DNA from: Klebsormidium nitens
Taxonomy: Eukaryota; Plantae; Klebsormidiophyceae
DNA length: 64,000 bases
Direction of reading: 5' to 3'
NCBI GenBank assembly: GCA_000708835.1
Contig: DF237407.1
Span: 13,414 to 77,413, forward strand
Part shown: positions 35,301 through 47,149 of the stretch, piece by piece
Layout: each line of letters opens with the position of its first letter
How positions within the stretch are numbered: the first letter of the stretch is position 1
Program-made: the position numbers and the translations under genes
Notes under the pieces: generated by a model
What the model saw: only the letters and a program-made list of their open reading frames with translations
Told to the model about the DNA's origin: nothing
Databases searched by the model: none

Positions 35301-38300
35301 TACTCAGTGACGTGTAGAAAAATGCTACACTAGGATCTTACAAATGCGGAAAAGCAAAGGACTGTCCGCGAAGCGTACCTGTTCGAGGGCCTGACTATGA
35401 AGAGCAACCGCGGCCCTCATGCGGTCGTCAAAATCAACTTTCTTCGAGGCCAGGACTGTCAGTAAGTCCTCGGTCGCCCTCGTCTGGTGAGACAATATCT
35501 CCTCTGCGGGATAGAGAGGACCGCTTTAGTGCACAGTGTATTATCTGGACCTTATTGACAAGAGAACGCGAAAAACAAAAGTTGATAAAATAACAAAACA
35601 TATATTGACGAAAGTTGATCGGAGGCGACAGATTTGTCCCAAAGCTAAGGTATCACAGTGTCCGGAAGCTGCTCCAGATGCCAATGGAAGTGCAGCTTCG
35701 CGTAGCAAACAAGAGACGACATATTCAAAAGGTCAACGGACTGTTTAGATTTCAGCATCAAGGCTTCAAGCAGTGGTTCGAATTTCTGGGCTTGAAAAGA
35801 TGCATTTTCGACGTTCCTGTGTGTACAACAAACAGCCTCGTGTTAACAGAGCTGCCGCCTGACTTTCGTTTCGTATCTCGAAGCCTTTGGACAAGAGAAA
35901 CGCCACACGAAGAGCTTGAGAGAAATACTAGCACGTAAACTCACCGTATACGTACGGTTCGCACACAGCCGCCACCGGAAACACCAACCAACGAGCCGAG
36001 TCGTCGGAGCCTTCAGGGAGCGCTTGAATACGGCTGTGGCGAGCAACTGCCTCTGCAGGCGATACGGTCGCCCCTTCTGCCTGCTCAAAACTTGGCGGCT
36101 GATTCCGATGCATCGATTGGAGCTGCTCTGCAAAGCCCCCGTTGGTTTTCCTCGCGCCTCCTTTCCTGACCCCGCCCGCCTGCCCAGTCGGGCCCCCCGC
36201 ACCTTTCGGCTTGCCCCTTTCCGCGACCGCCCCCTCCTGCCCGGTTGAAAACACGGAGAGTCCATGTTCGCTCCCGCTCCCAAGCGCGTCCCCTGCCCCA
36301 GATAGAGTTCCAGTCACTGCTCCTTCGCCCCTTTCGCCAATTCCGTCCCCCTGCCCGTTTGAAACCTCGGCAATGTCTTCCTTTTCCTCCGCCCCAAAGG
36401 CGTTCCCTAAGGCCCCCGCCCCTTCCTGCTCGCCCATCTCGCCGACCGCCCCCCCCTGCCCAAGAACAGTTGCGGCAGTTGCTTGCCCGCTTGTTCTCCA
36501 AGGCGCATGCCTTCCGGCCGGCGAGCTCCTGGCAGACTCTCGCTCGCCATTCTTCTCCACCCCGCGCCCCTGCCTTGGTGAGATGTCGATGGCCCTTCGC
36601 TCGCCCCTCTCCCCTACTGGCACGTTCAATTGCCCGGTTGACACCTTAGCGGCCTGCTCGCTTTCTTCAAAGACCGCTCCCCCGACTTTGTGTGCAGCCC
36701 ACCCCCTGATGACCTTTTCTAGCAGTTTCCCGCCAACTGGCATGTACATCCAACTCTGCTCTTCAAAGCAGCTGCTAACTCGTTGTTGTATAAGCGGGTC
36801 GAGGGGGCCTGCCAATGTTAACATGTTCTCTGCTAGGTCCTCAAGAACAACCCCAAACGACAGCCTATTCAAGGCCTCGCACGCTTCGGTCCGCACGTTT
36901 ATAAACGAGGAGGCCATCTGCTTCAAAATAACCACGAGCAGCGACGGGGTCGTCTTCCTTGAGCGTCCCAACATACCTAGAAAGGAGCAAAGCCTTTCTG
37001 ATTCACCTTGATCATTCAGGTAATCCAAAATTCCTCCCACGAACTCCGGTGGCACACCACCGGCTTGCCAAAGTGTACAAATAAAGGCCAAAACAGCCCG
37101 GTTTCGTGTAGTTGTCGCCGCCTCTTTCAATGCCTCCAAGGCTTCTGGCGAAAGCGCACGTGTGAAGGGGATGTTCTTGACAGCTGATGTGATTTCATCT
37201 CCCAGTTGTCGCACCAGGGCCTTCAAAACGTCGCCAGTCAGAGCTTCTTCCCCAACCATCACGAGGGCTTCTAGCACTTTCGAGAGCACGCTCGGATACG
37301 CATCCAGTCCCCAATCCAGTGAAGCCAATACCTCGGCAAGCCAGTTTACCCTCTGAAGAACACTTTCCCGTCCTCCGTTCAAAACATATTCAATGGCTGC
37401 CCCTTGCGCTTGCATGGCTACCTCCTGCGCTTGCTTGGCAGCTTCCTTTCGGTCCGCTTCAATGCGCCGAAGAGCAGCTGTATGCCTTTCCACTATTTCC
37501 TTGGCGCTTGCTTGGATAGCGTAATCTGATGACTTTCGCAAGGATGCCACAGCTTCCATCATTTCAGGCACAGCCGCCTTCTCCTCCAACGCCTCAAAAG
37601 AGCGCAAAGCTGCTCTTTGCACGGAAACATTGCTGGACTGCACCAACAAGCTTGCAAGCCCCTTCAGCACATTCGGTGTTGCTGCTTGCTTTCCAAGGGC
37701 AACTACGCAGTTCAAGGCAGCGCTTTGCACGTTCGGGTCGAGGGACTCGGCTAGCTGCACCTCGAGCCCTTGGACAATCAGAGGGATTGCTGCGGAACAC
37801 CCAACTTCCCCGACAGCTCTCAATACTGCCAATAAAATCCGCGGCATCGGAGGAGATTCTAGCATTGAAGCCCCAAGAACAGCCAGCGCTTTTTGGAATT
37901 GGGGCAGACCACGGTCGCCGTCAAGCATCTCACTCAACAGACTTCCAAGGGCCTTGATAGATGACCGGCGTAGGTGCTCCTCCGGTGAGTGAGCCGTAAA
38001 CTCGATAAGGGCATCTAAAATGTTGGATTCCGCGGCAGCTGGCCCCATGCACCTGACGGCTTTGACGGCTGCTACTTGCTGCTCCACTTGCGCGCCGGTG
38101 GTCATGAGCTTCAGCAACTCTTTGAGCAGTTTAGAAGATGCCGCCTCCCGTGCCAGGGGAGGGTACCGCAAAATGTCGAGTGCGGTTTGCCACTCCCAGC
38201 TCTCTGGTGATGCCACTGACGCCACGAGGGCATCCAAAAGCTCTTCAAACCCCTCAAATTCAGAGATTGGTTTTCCAGCACGAAATTGTACAATCACAAT

Positions 38301-38786
38301 AATACCACTCTCAAGCAGCCCTTTGCTACCTTCGAAAATAATTTGAAGAGCCTCGAGTGCATTTCTGCGCTCTCTTTCTTGAGAACCTACCACCAGCAGC
38401 GCAAGCTCTTTTATCAGGCCTTCGACGATTGTGGTCTTTGACTTGTCTAAAGCGCCGAAAGTGAACGCTCTGACCGCCATCCTGATTTCTGCGTTTGACA
38501 AAGACGACCTTACATCCTCCACCACTTTGACCAGATCCGGATCCGCGGTAGTTGGGTTCTCTGTCACTACCACTGGCACACTCGTGGCTCCCAGCTGGGT
38601 AGCTGTTCTTGACAATAGATTTGGCTTGCTGATTGGGGAGGGCTCCCTCTCTGGCGGCTTCTTTTGCAAGTCCCCTTCCTTTACAGAAGGTGACTGATAG
38701 GTGGCGCTCTTGGGTGCGCTCTCGGTTGTGTCCATGGGTGTAGCGAGTATATCACGCCGGTTTGAGAAGAGAGATGTATCCTGCAT
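32373..38786 (-). CDS. Large protein (about 1595 aa): N-terminal HEAT/ARM-like repeats, Gly/Glu-rich linker, helical segment, C-terminal beta-rich domain; function unknown
   Basis: The two long ORFs join through canonical phase-matched introns: exons 38786-35945 (donor gtgagt, phase 1), 35503-35379, 34911-34738, 34019-32373 (total 4788 nt, no internal stop). HEAT-like units include VRCMGPAAAESNILDAL, VQSAALNCVVALGKQAATPNVLKGL and VQRAALRSFEALEEKAAVPEMMEAV. Start codon uncertain. Confidence 0.8.
35015..35037 (-). repeat. Interstitial telomere-like repeat (TTTTAGGG, about 3 units)
   Basis: ccctaaaa ccctaaaa ccctaaa on the plus strand, in intron 2 of the HEAT gene. Confidence 0.65.
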
Positions 38787-41439
38787 TCACATAAAAGCGG
38801 GAATCAGAGAGGGCCTGTAGTACTTTCATAGCAAACTTGGAAAAATGACGACCGATCCAAAAAAATTAATAGAATCATGAGCAACGAAAGGAGACGTGAT
38901 CAAACAAGCTTGGGAACGAGACCAGTCTTCGATCGGTTTTCCACTCTCGAGCACTCCAAAGATTAAGAAAATCCCCATGCGTCATTGAAACTGCCAAGAG
39001 AGACACGAGCGACTCCATGAGGGGGATACTGGGGCTTGCAGACCTGTACAGGCCTTGAGCAATCAGGAAGACGGCATCTGGATCAATGTAATTAAAGTGA
39101 CATTGATTTTTGGGGCAGAACGTTCATAGCCATAAACGACACAGCCCACAATAGTGTACGAGTTTCTCCTCATTCACGTACACAGGGGAATAGGAAGCAA
39201 ACTCAAGTATGTCTCGACCTTGCTGATGAAGCGCGCAATCTTACTTCAAACAGAGATTGACGTCGTGTATTCTACGGTACTAAGCTTCGATGTCTCTAGG
39301 GAAAAGAATTGGTGCGGGAGTATGTTGAATCACTTCAAGAATTGATTCTTAAGACAAGGCCTGTTGCATGGGTCAGGACAAACAGCAAGGGTCAGCCGTG
39401 CCGGCACAAGCAAAGAAGCATCCGAATAGCGCTCGAGAGAATGAGCTGTGGTACATACCGTGGCACTGCAAATGAAGTTTGGCTGTGCTCGCCTACTCGG
39501 ACACAGCAGCCTAGTATGAAGTTTACGGGTTCTTCAGGTAGGCTGCAAATACGAAAAAGGTATGCACTCAATGATTTCCGAACAGCTGCGCTCCGGCACA
39601 AAGTTCAGGCGTTCCAGGACTTGAAGTGCGCATTATGCTCTCGACTTTTCTGCCTCCAATATTGTGCTTGCGAATTCTGAAAGGAGAGCTTAGCACAGGG
39701 CACCGATCAACGCTTTGGGTACGGTCCTCAACCACGGGAAATAAGCTGAGGAACTAACGAGAGAAAGCGGTTGCCGTCTGAAACAAGATTGCACCACCAA
39801 CCTATGAGAAGCTTGGCGTCACGATTGGTCAATATCGGCCTTTTAGACTGAGCATTCTGAAACACGGATTGCATGAGACAAAAGCCGTCAAAAATAGGCC
39901 GGTTGTAGGCTTCGAACGGTCGACTTGGAGAAGTGTCAAGGTGCGAGGCCGGGCAATACGGGTCCTCTTTGATTCGCTTCTAGCCCTTCTGCAGACCTGC
40001 TCCCCTCTCGAAACCTTTGTGCTCGTGCGTCGCAACAAATACGTCCAAGTTGACCCATCTTCTACGTACCACTTGATGACCGTGAGTTCCCAGGCATGAC
40101 GACACAAAAGGAACAGAAAATGGGAGAAGCAAAGCTTCCTGGAAGAAAGAACTCAATCAATGTAGGGTCGAAATTGGCGGAAGGTGACGAGATATCTTAG
40201 GCTGCACTCTCGACTAAGTTTTGATCGTTGCAAACCAGCACGTATCTCGATGCAACAACTCTCACTTGGACCACGTTGTAGATCCGTAGAATAGTTTGTG
40301 CCCGAGACTGATGCACGACAGAACGGAAAGGCGAGTCTTTGATCAGATGCGGGATGAGTGAGTAGAATTGAAAGCGAGAGCCTCTCTATTCACTCGTCCG
40401 TGTGAGTGAAGGCACCATAAGCCCGACTATCTCAGGCAGAGACAGAGGTCCAAAAATATTTAGCAGAGATCACAACCGCAGTCGTCGAAAACAAAGGGCC
40501 TTGCGGAAAGTAAGGATGCAACCTGTATGATTGAACACCGAGTGCCCAGTCGTCTGGCTCAGCTTACATAGGGCTCAAAAGCTCCTTCGTTTGGGGACTG
40601 GAGGATGCTACCAAAGTCCTACTAGTGATTGCAAATATGTTTTAAGAGGCACGAGAAACCGATCAAGCACACCAATGCAGAAGAACTGTCTTGCTTGCAG
40701 AAGAGTTTGTTCCTTTCTGCTGTTCGATTAATGAGCGTACCTTGACAAGGGTTTAGTCATCAAGTTCAAGCGACTCACCTTTCAACCATTTGATAGTCCG
40801 CTTGACAGCATTGGATAATACCACAGCTCTGGAGCTCCCTTATAGGCGCAGTTCAGATAAGTAGGCAAACGAACAGAATACGCCCAGGTTTCCCTGCATC
40901 ATAATAAAGTTGCGCTGTGTTAAGTGATAATTCAAGACTCATTCTGTTGCTTTTCACAGCGTCGTAGGTGAATCCCTCCATGCCTGCCTTTTTGAAGCAG
41001 AACTTCCATTAATACAAGCAGAACTACAAGGGACTCCAGCATTACTGACGGCGGCAAGAAGTACATACGGGGCGCGGTCGGATTCAGGATTGTTTGGGCA
41101 GAGGCAGCTCCTGTTAGGGCTGACGTTTTTTGTTGCGCGACCCAGCCTTCCAGGAAGGACGCACTATCACATAAGGAAGTACACCGTCCACGTGCTTGGC
41201 AGGCACTTTAGGCTAAGAGATCATTCAGACCCCTCATGGAGCGGAGTCGTACTGAGAGCTGGCAGGGTTTGAGTCCAAAACTTCCAAGTACAAGAGAGCA
41301 CAATCTATTTCAGAGGAGGATGTTGTGTGCCTGCACGACTACAAGAAAGGCCCCTTGTTTGGAGCCTGATGAAGTATGAAAGGTTGCTGAAAAGCCTTTT
41401 TCTACCGACAGGATTCAGGAAAAGCTTTCAACGTTGAGA

Positions 41440-43121
41440 ACTTTAATTGTGTCTTTGTCGGCCCTGCCCATGATTCTGACAGCACCCTTGAGCTCCAGCG
41501 GCGGGCGTGAAACAATCCCAATGACTGCGTGTTCCCCTTCTGCCAGCATTCCGTAGTTTCAACTGGCATCCACTAATGGCTGCTATTTGGATGATTGGCA
41601 GACTCTGAAGGTCCAGAGAGGGGGTCAGACCAAGCTTCAGAGTCAAGCACCTTGAACCTTCAAACAAAACTTAGGTGCCTGCAATTGCTCCTCTAATCAT
41701 TGTTCCTCGAGGAAGGACAATTGAACAGGTGATAGTCAAGGGATTACTCTGCACAGGACAGCACAACCTCATCCTTCACAGCATCCGAGGAAGTATTTGA
41801 GAAGCATTTGGACAGGCCAAAAGGCTTGTGATTAGGGTTACAATAAAGCTGTCACCTTCACACACTAACAGACTTCTTCATATTTGCAACTCAATATTCA
41901 AACGTTGTTTCCAAAAGAATCTGCATCACTCTTCTCAAAGGCCTCCTCTTTGGTCAAGGTTTGAAAAGCTGACACAATTGACAATAAATCCAAACAATCT
42001 GCAAGGCGCGTGTGCTAACTGGCCAACATTGCATGCAAGTTTGAAAGCCCGAGCAGTGTAACAGCCACACTATACGTGGTAAAATCAGGGTGGCAATCAC
42101 CCACTTGCAATTCCACATTGCCAGCTTTCGAAGCGTCAGCCGACACAGAGCTAGAGCCTTGTATCTACTCTTGGACGGGTAGACGGTATCCTTGAAGCAA
42201 CTTCCCTTGAAACAACACCGGAAGATTCTAAGAATGAGACTGTAAACCCAATGTGGTCCATGCTTACCTGAAACCCTAGAAGCCACAATCAATGCTGGCA
42301 ACTCCCCAAAAGCCTTCAACGCAGTAGCCAATCCCTGCAATGCAATAGTGGCACTCCGCCTGCTGAGACAAATCTGCTGCTAAATGGATTGTAGAACTTT
42401 TGCACTAGCTACTCTGCATGATTTCCTTGATAAGAGCAGCAAAAACTAGCTTGGCTCTCAGTTTTGCTGACATGAATAAATGCAAGAATGTTCGAAAAGA
42501 CTCCTTGTCAAACTCTGGAATTCCCTGACTATATATTGGAGACTGTGAGAAATTCTGCCCCTTCATTCGCATACGTAGAGCTTTTCCAGATGCAGGTGCA
42601 GCATAGCTTGGCAAGGTACATTGACGTGATAAATGCGCAGCAGCGCAGTAATGTGTCTACAGCATAGGTTTTCTAAAAGCACTATCAACTTCCCAGGCCT
42701 CTAGATTTGTCACTGCCTGGCTGAGTCTGAAAATGCATTCAAGTCAGCCCTTGGCTCAGAGCAGCTTTTGCAACTTTCCTTGCAGGTGGTACCAGGCTGA
42801 ATGTTTGGAGAGAAGCCCCTTCTCATTGACGTGGTGGAATAAAGACCCTGATCGATCTTTGCCAAAGCTGTTTTGCATGAAGTAGCAAAGATATCGGGTG
42901 AGAGCCAAACATAAGTTGGTTATCTTGTAGGTGGAAACGCCCATTGAATCTAAGGTAAGCCTGCAAAGCTGGCATAAAGGAAGAACTGTGATCGGCCGAT
43001 GCTGAGGAGCAAAACGAAAGAAGAACGCGCCGGGGGCAGCACGTTCGAATCCAGCTGCCATGAAATTACTCACCTTGCAGTGCCTTGTTGATAAGCGCAG
43101 GCTTGTTTTTCTCATATGCAA
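41440..43121 (-). pseudogene. Decayed intron-poor ORF of unknown family
   Basis: ORFs 43121-42756 and 42614-42405 share one frame, with protein-like text across scattered stops (…IPEFDKESFRTFLHLFMSAKLRAKLVF…IAGIGYCVEGFWGV). The region is CG-poor (3 CG in 42361-42600). Confidence 0.45.
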
Positions 43122-43581
43122 ACCAACACTGAGTCATTAAGCAGTGGTCGAGACGCTTCACTGTTGTCATGGATCAATAGCGCTAGCTGCTTCCGAAGCT
43201 CAGCACTCGGCGCAGCAAACACGTCTGTCTGACATGGTCAGTGACAACTTGTTGAACATTGCTGGAGACTCAAGAATTTAGAAGTGTGCTCAAAGCTGGA
43301 CAGTACGGTATCACCACGGGTCCACGACAACGAAAGTCGGCCTCGCGATTTAATGCACCCGTGTGCCGCCTGTTTTACAGTCGGCTTCGGCTCTGCCAGG
43401 AAAATGTCAACACGCGGTACGTACCAGACAATGAGCCGGGCATATGGATGCTAAAGATGAATTCCCGATTGGAGAACGGTAAGTTCTCTGGTCCAGACCT
43501 TTACGTACCGGCGTGCTAACCCGATATTTTTAACAGGCATACCGTAACCCGTTACCCGTATACGGTATGATATTAAAGGCT

Positions 43582-44182
43582 GGGCCGACCAGGCGTGATT
43601 ACCACGAACCGGTGTCATGTGTGGACCTAGCCGGCTGGAGCGAGGGTCTAACCGGTGCCGAAGGCACCCAGCCGGCTGGGCTCCGGCTGGAAAACCGGCG
43701 TGAGTGACCGGGTACCGGCTGAGATTGGCTGAGAGACTGTCCAGCTAGCTAGATACCCGGCTAAATGGATCCGGGGACTTGCGGCAGGAACGAAGGGTGG
43801 CCCGACCTGTCGTCACTGCACGGTCAAATTCGGGCCGCCAACTTCCGACCGGCGGCCGCGCGTCGGCCTCAGCGGCCCGCCCGGCGGGCCCGGCGAGATC
43901 GGCCGGACGTACGATCGTACGACGGTCACTCAGCTCAGAGCTGCAGCAAGGCCCGGACCAGGGTTTCCCACGGACTTTTGTCCCGGCCGGCCAGCTGCCG
44001 GCGGCCCCCCGGTTCAGCCGGCTCGATAGGCGGTCTTTGGCTGTACCGGCCGGCTGGGCCTAGCAAGTGCCTGCATTTTCTGCCGGCTAGCAGCCGGCGG
44101 GGTGCCTTCGGCACCGGCCGGGGTCCCATCTCGGCCGGCCAGGTCCAGGTTCTCTTGCCGGCTGTGGGAAACCCTGGCCCGG
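43582..44182. mobile_element. GC-rich non-autonomous element with long imperfect terminal inverted repeats
   Basis: ggacctagccggc...accggtgccgaaggcacccagccggc (43620-43680) is inverted at 44090-44150. ccggaccagggtttcccac (43953-43971) is inverted at 44164-44182 (18/19 match). Many gccggc motifs; no TSD identified. Confidence 0.55.
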
Positions 44183-45867
44183 ACTGCCGGGGAAGGCAAA
44201 GCTGTTGGCTACGACTGAACAAGCGCAACATGATCTTGGCAGCAATCATTGAATTTGGTGAGCAGACGGAAAACCGTTGAATAATCTGGCCTGCTTGGCT
44301 GCGCAAAAATGGTAGAACCCCGGGTTCAAGTTGACAATCCTGGATCAGTGTCAGCTCGACGCGCTTGATCAGTGGCTAGAGACTATGTGGGACTCAAGCT
44401 TATAGAAGTCACTGAATCTTGAAGGTCGTCGGAAGCAGGACCCTCCAGGAAAATCCGGTGGCTCTAGATCACCAAATCAAACTTACGCGTGAACGATCGA
44501 GGCTGACCTTGATAAGGGTTTTAGTCCGACTTTGTAATCAGGCAGTACAAGTATATTCTCAAGTCTAATCAAATCTTTAACCAGCTATCATTCGACGTCT
44601 ATATGTCTGCGCCGCTGTACCAAGATACCAACTTAACTCACAACTGTTCCCAACCAAGGTTTGACGTGGTCATTGTAATAAGCACAACTGGCAAGTCTAC
44701 GTAGCTTTTACTCCATTGGAGGTTCGCTTTCTTGTAAACTGATAACTCAAAACGGTGCGAACGGTGCACCTTAGAATAGTATAAACATGCGTTGCGTTCG
44801 CTGGTGATTTGCATTGGCCTTGTAGACAGAACGTCAGATGACCCACCATGCACGGGCGGCTCAGATGGCGATGCGGTACTTACTTTCATCAGTATCTTTG
44901 ACCGCGGTGGGGTGGCGCCGGTGGGGCGGGGCGGCGCAGGCGCAGCAGCGAGCGCTGAAAACCGAGTGGCCTGCGCAGCCAATGATAGCATGCGACCATG
45001 CTTCGCCAGCTAGCAGCGGCTGCGCGCTTCAGACCTGACCCGCAAAGTATGGCCGCGCTCCTCTCCTCTATTTTTTGAAAAAGGTGAAGTCTGCCAACCG
45101 GCAACTGATCAACTGGGTTCAGTATCAATCTAAAAGCAAAGGTTGAAGCAAGCCTACTTCCCGTCAAGACGTTTGAGAACGTCTGATGCCCCTAGTGAGT
45201 CCCTCTTAAAGTAGGAAATGAATAAGCCGTCAACGAGTCCGTTGGTCCATCTCTGGTTGAATATCGTCGGTTAGATAATCGCCAGGGGAACTTTGGTGGA
45301 GATGCAGGCCAGCGAAAGGGCAGCCGCTCAATCTATTTTAGATTTTGCTTGAGATACTGGTCCGATGAAAGCCAGAGAAGCTCAATGATCGGAATGGACG
45401 GAGACTGCGCGCTCGATCACTTATTGCAAACCTCAATCATTCGCTGCTTAGCTAGCGAACTTTTCCTTGAAAGGTTCCCTCTTTGCGCCGATTCGGATAA
45501 CGTCAAGATCCTGTCTAATTTAAGAGTCCTCACGAGCTGAAAACATGGAACCTCGTAAGGTGGTGATAGTTTTGCAGTTGCAGAGCCAGCATACATTTCC
45601 TTAAGCGCTCGCGACATGAAGGAGATGGGTTGGAGTGGACAGCCGTAGCTAATTCATGCCGCTGGAACAAGGAAGCTATATAGCGGGTTACAGCAAAATT
45701 GCGGTAAATCTAGCGGGGAATCAAAAACGTTACATACTTTCTTACAAGGCAGAAATCGAGCTGGTCTCGTGAAAAACATGACCGGTGAACCTTATGCTCA
45801 ACCTCTCAGTGCTGGCTGCACCCATTAAACAGATTGCTTCTGAGAATAGCTCAGCAGACGAAAGTAG

Positions 45868-46025
45868 TGCGGCTGCGCGAGCACCCGCGGCCGCGCGTGC
45901 GCGCCTGAACGGCTGGCGCGCGTAGATTGCGGCCCCGAGAGCGCAACGGAGCAGATACTAGCGCGGAAGTGCGGGGACGCGAGCGCGCTGAGCGCGGATC
46001 GCGTGCACTGCGGCCCCGCAAGCAC
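45868..46025. other. CGCG-rich island
   Basis: Dense CG/CGCG tract starting with GCGGCTGCGC; contains gcggccccg twice. Confidence 0.6.
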
Positions 46026-47149
46026 TGGCAGTGTATTTCTCAAAGAACCGACTGAGACGTTTCGTGCCATTCGTTTCGCCCTATTGGCCGGCTGTACCGA
46101 GTTTTGGCACGACGTGTCGATGAATTCCTGCTTACCAATAGGAAGAGCGGCTCTCTCGCGGCAGATTGCAGATGGCGTCACATTCAGAGAAGTGAAACGG
46201 CTCTGCCAAACACGTATGTGGCAAAGCGTGGATCGATCCAAGCCACCCTTCAAGATACGCGCCCTAAACGGCTTTGTCAGCAATCAACTGCAGGAGTCTC
46301 ATTTGTTGTTACTTATTCCACTGGCGAAAACAGCTTACTTATCAAGAAAGATATGAACGGTTTCAGGATCATGCGTGCCAGCAGAGGCCACAAGTACGTA
46401 GTTTTGACAGCACTTGCTGTTGAAAGGCAGCACCGCCTCTACCCCCGTTTCTAAGGCGCACTCGAAAGCCTGGCCTTCGGGAATGAAACAAGCTGTAAGC
46501 CCCGAAAACGACTTTCGAAACGTCCCGCCATTCGTCGTGCGGGACGGACGGCCAGATCATCTGGAATTTTACGTCGAACTACTTGTCGGTCCCAGCGCCA
46601 GCTCGTTCAGTATCATGGGGCTAGCGGAACAGCGGAAACTTGAGCAAATCTGCTGTACCCGGGAGCATCCCCGCTGGTGCGAAGCGGGAACCAAAGGCCC
46701 GGCTTACTTCCATATGAAGGGCGGCTTCTGTAAAACTTGTAAGATGAAAGTGAGCGGGTAATACAACCGGAATCTTGTGCTAATAGCACGTTACCTTGTT
46801 TGCGGCCACGTCCAATAAACGGCCCCGGCTGCACGTAAACCCGTACGTATACGATGCCGCATGCTCGCAAATGCGGCGGCCGCCTGGCATCATGATCGGT
46901 CGGGGCATGAGGCGCGGCAGCGCGAGCTTCCGCGCAAGGCGGCAGCGGCACAGCAGGTGAGGTGTCATTTATGCGGCCTCTGGAAAGGCACGGTGACTCT
47001 GATCTAGACATGACAATCTCTGTCTCATTGCTGTCCTGACTTCTGCCAACTCGACGAAAAACAGCATACGGATCTGCTTATAGATTGCGCTTGCCTGCGA
47101 CGGCTCATTGAGGATCCTGAGTTGAGACTTACCACTGGGATACTGCGTA

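Noticed and set aside
32344-37011. Overlapping ORFs of 237, 212 and 289 aa in other frames or strands of the HEAT gene
   Set aside because: Explained by GC-rich codon usage of the real gene, which suppresses stops in alternative frames.
39309-39680. 123 aa ORF with a Cys-rich end
   Set aside because: No recognisable domain or splice context; cannot be supported as a gene.
44638-44991. MLSLAAQATRFSALAAAPAPP... as a transit-peptide first exon
   Set aside because: A gtaagt donor is present, but no downstream exon could be linked; it may simply be a GC-rich island.
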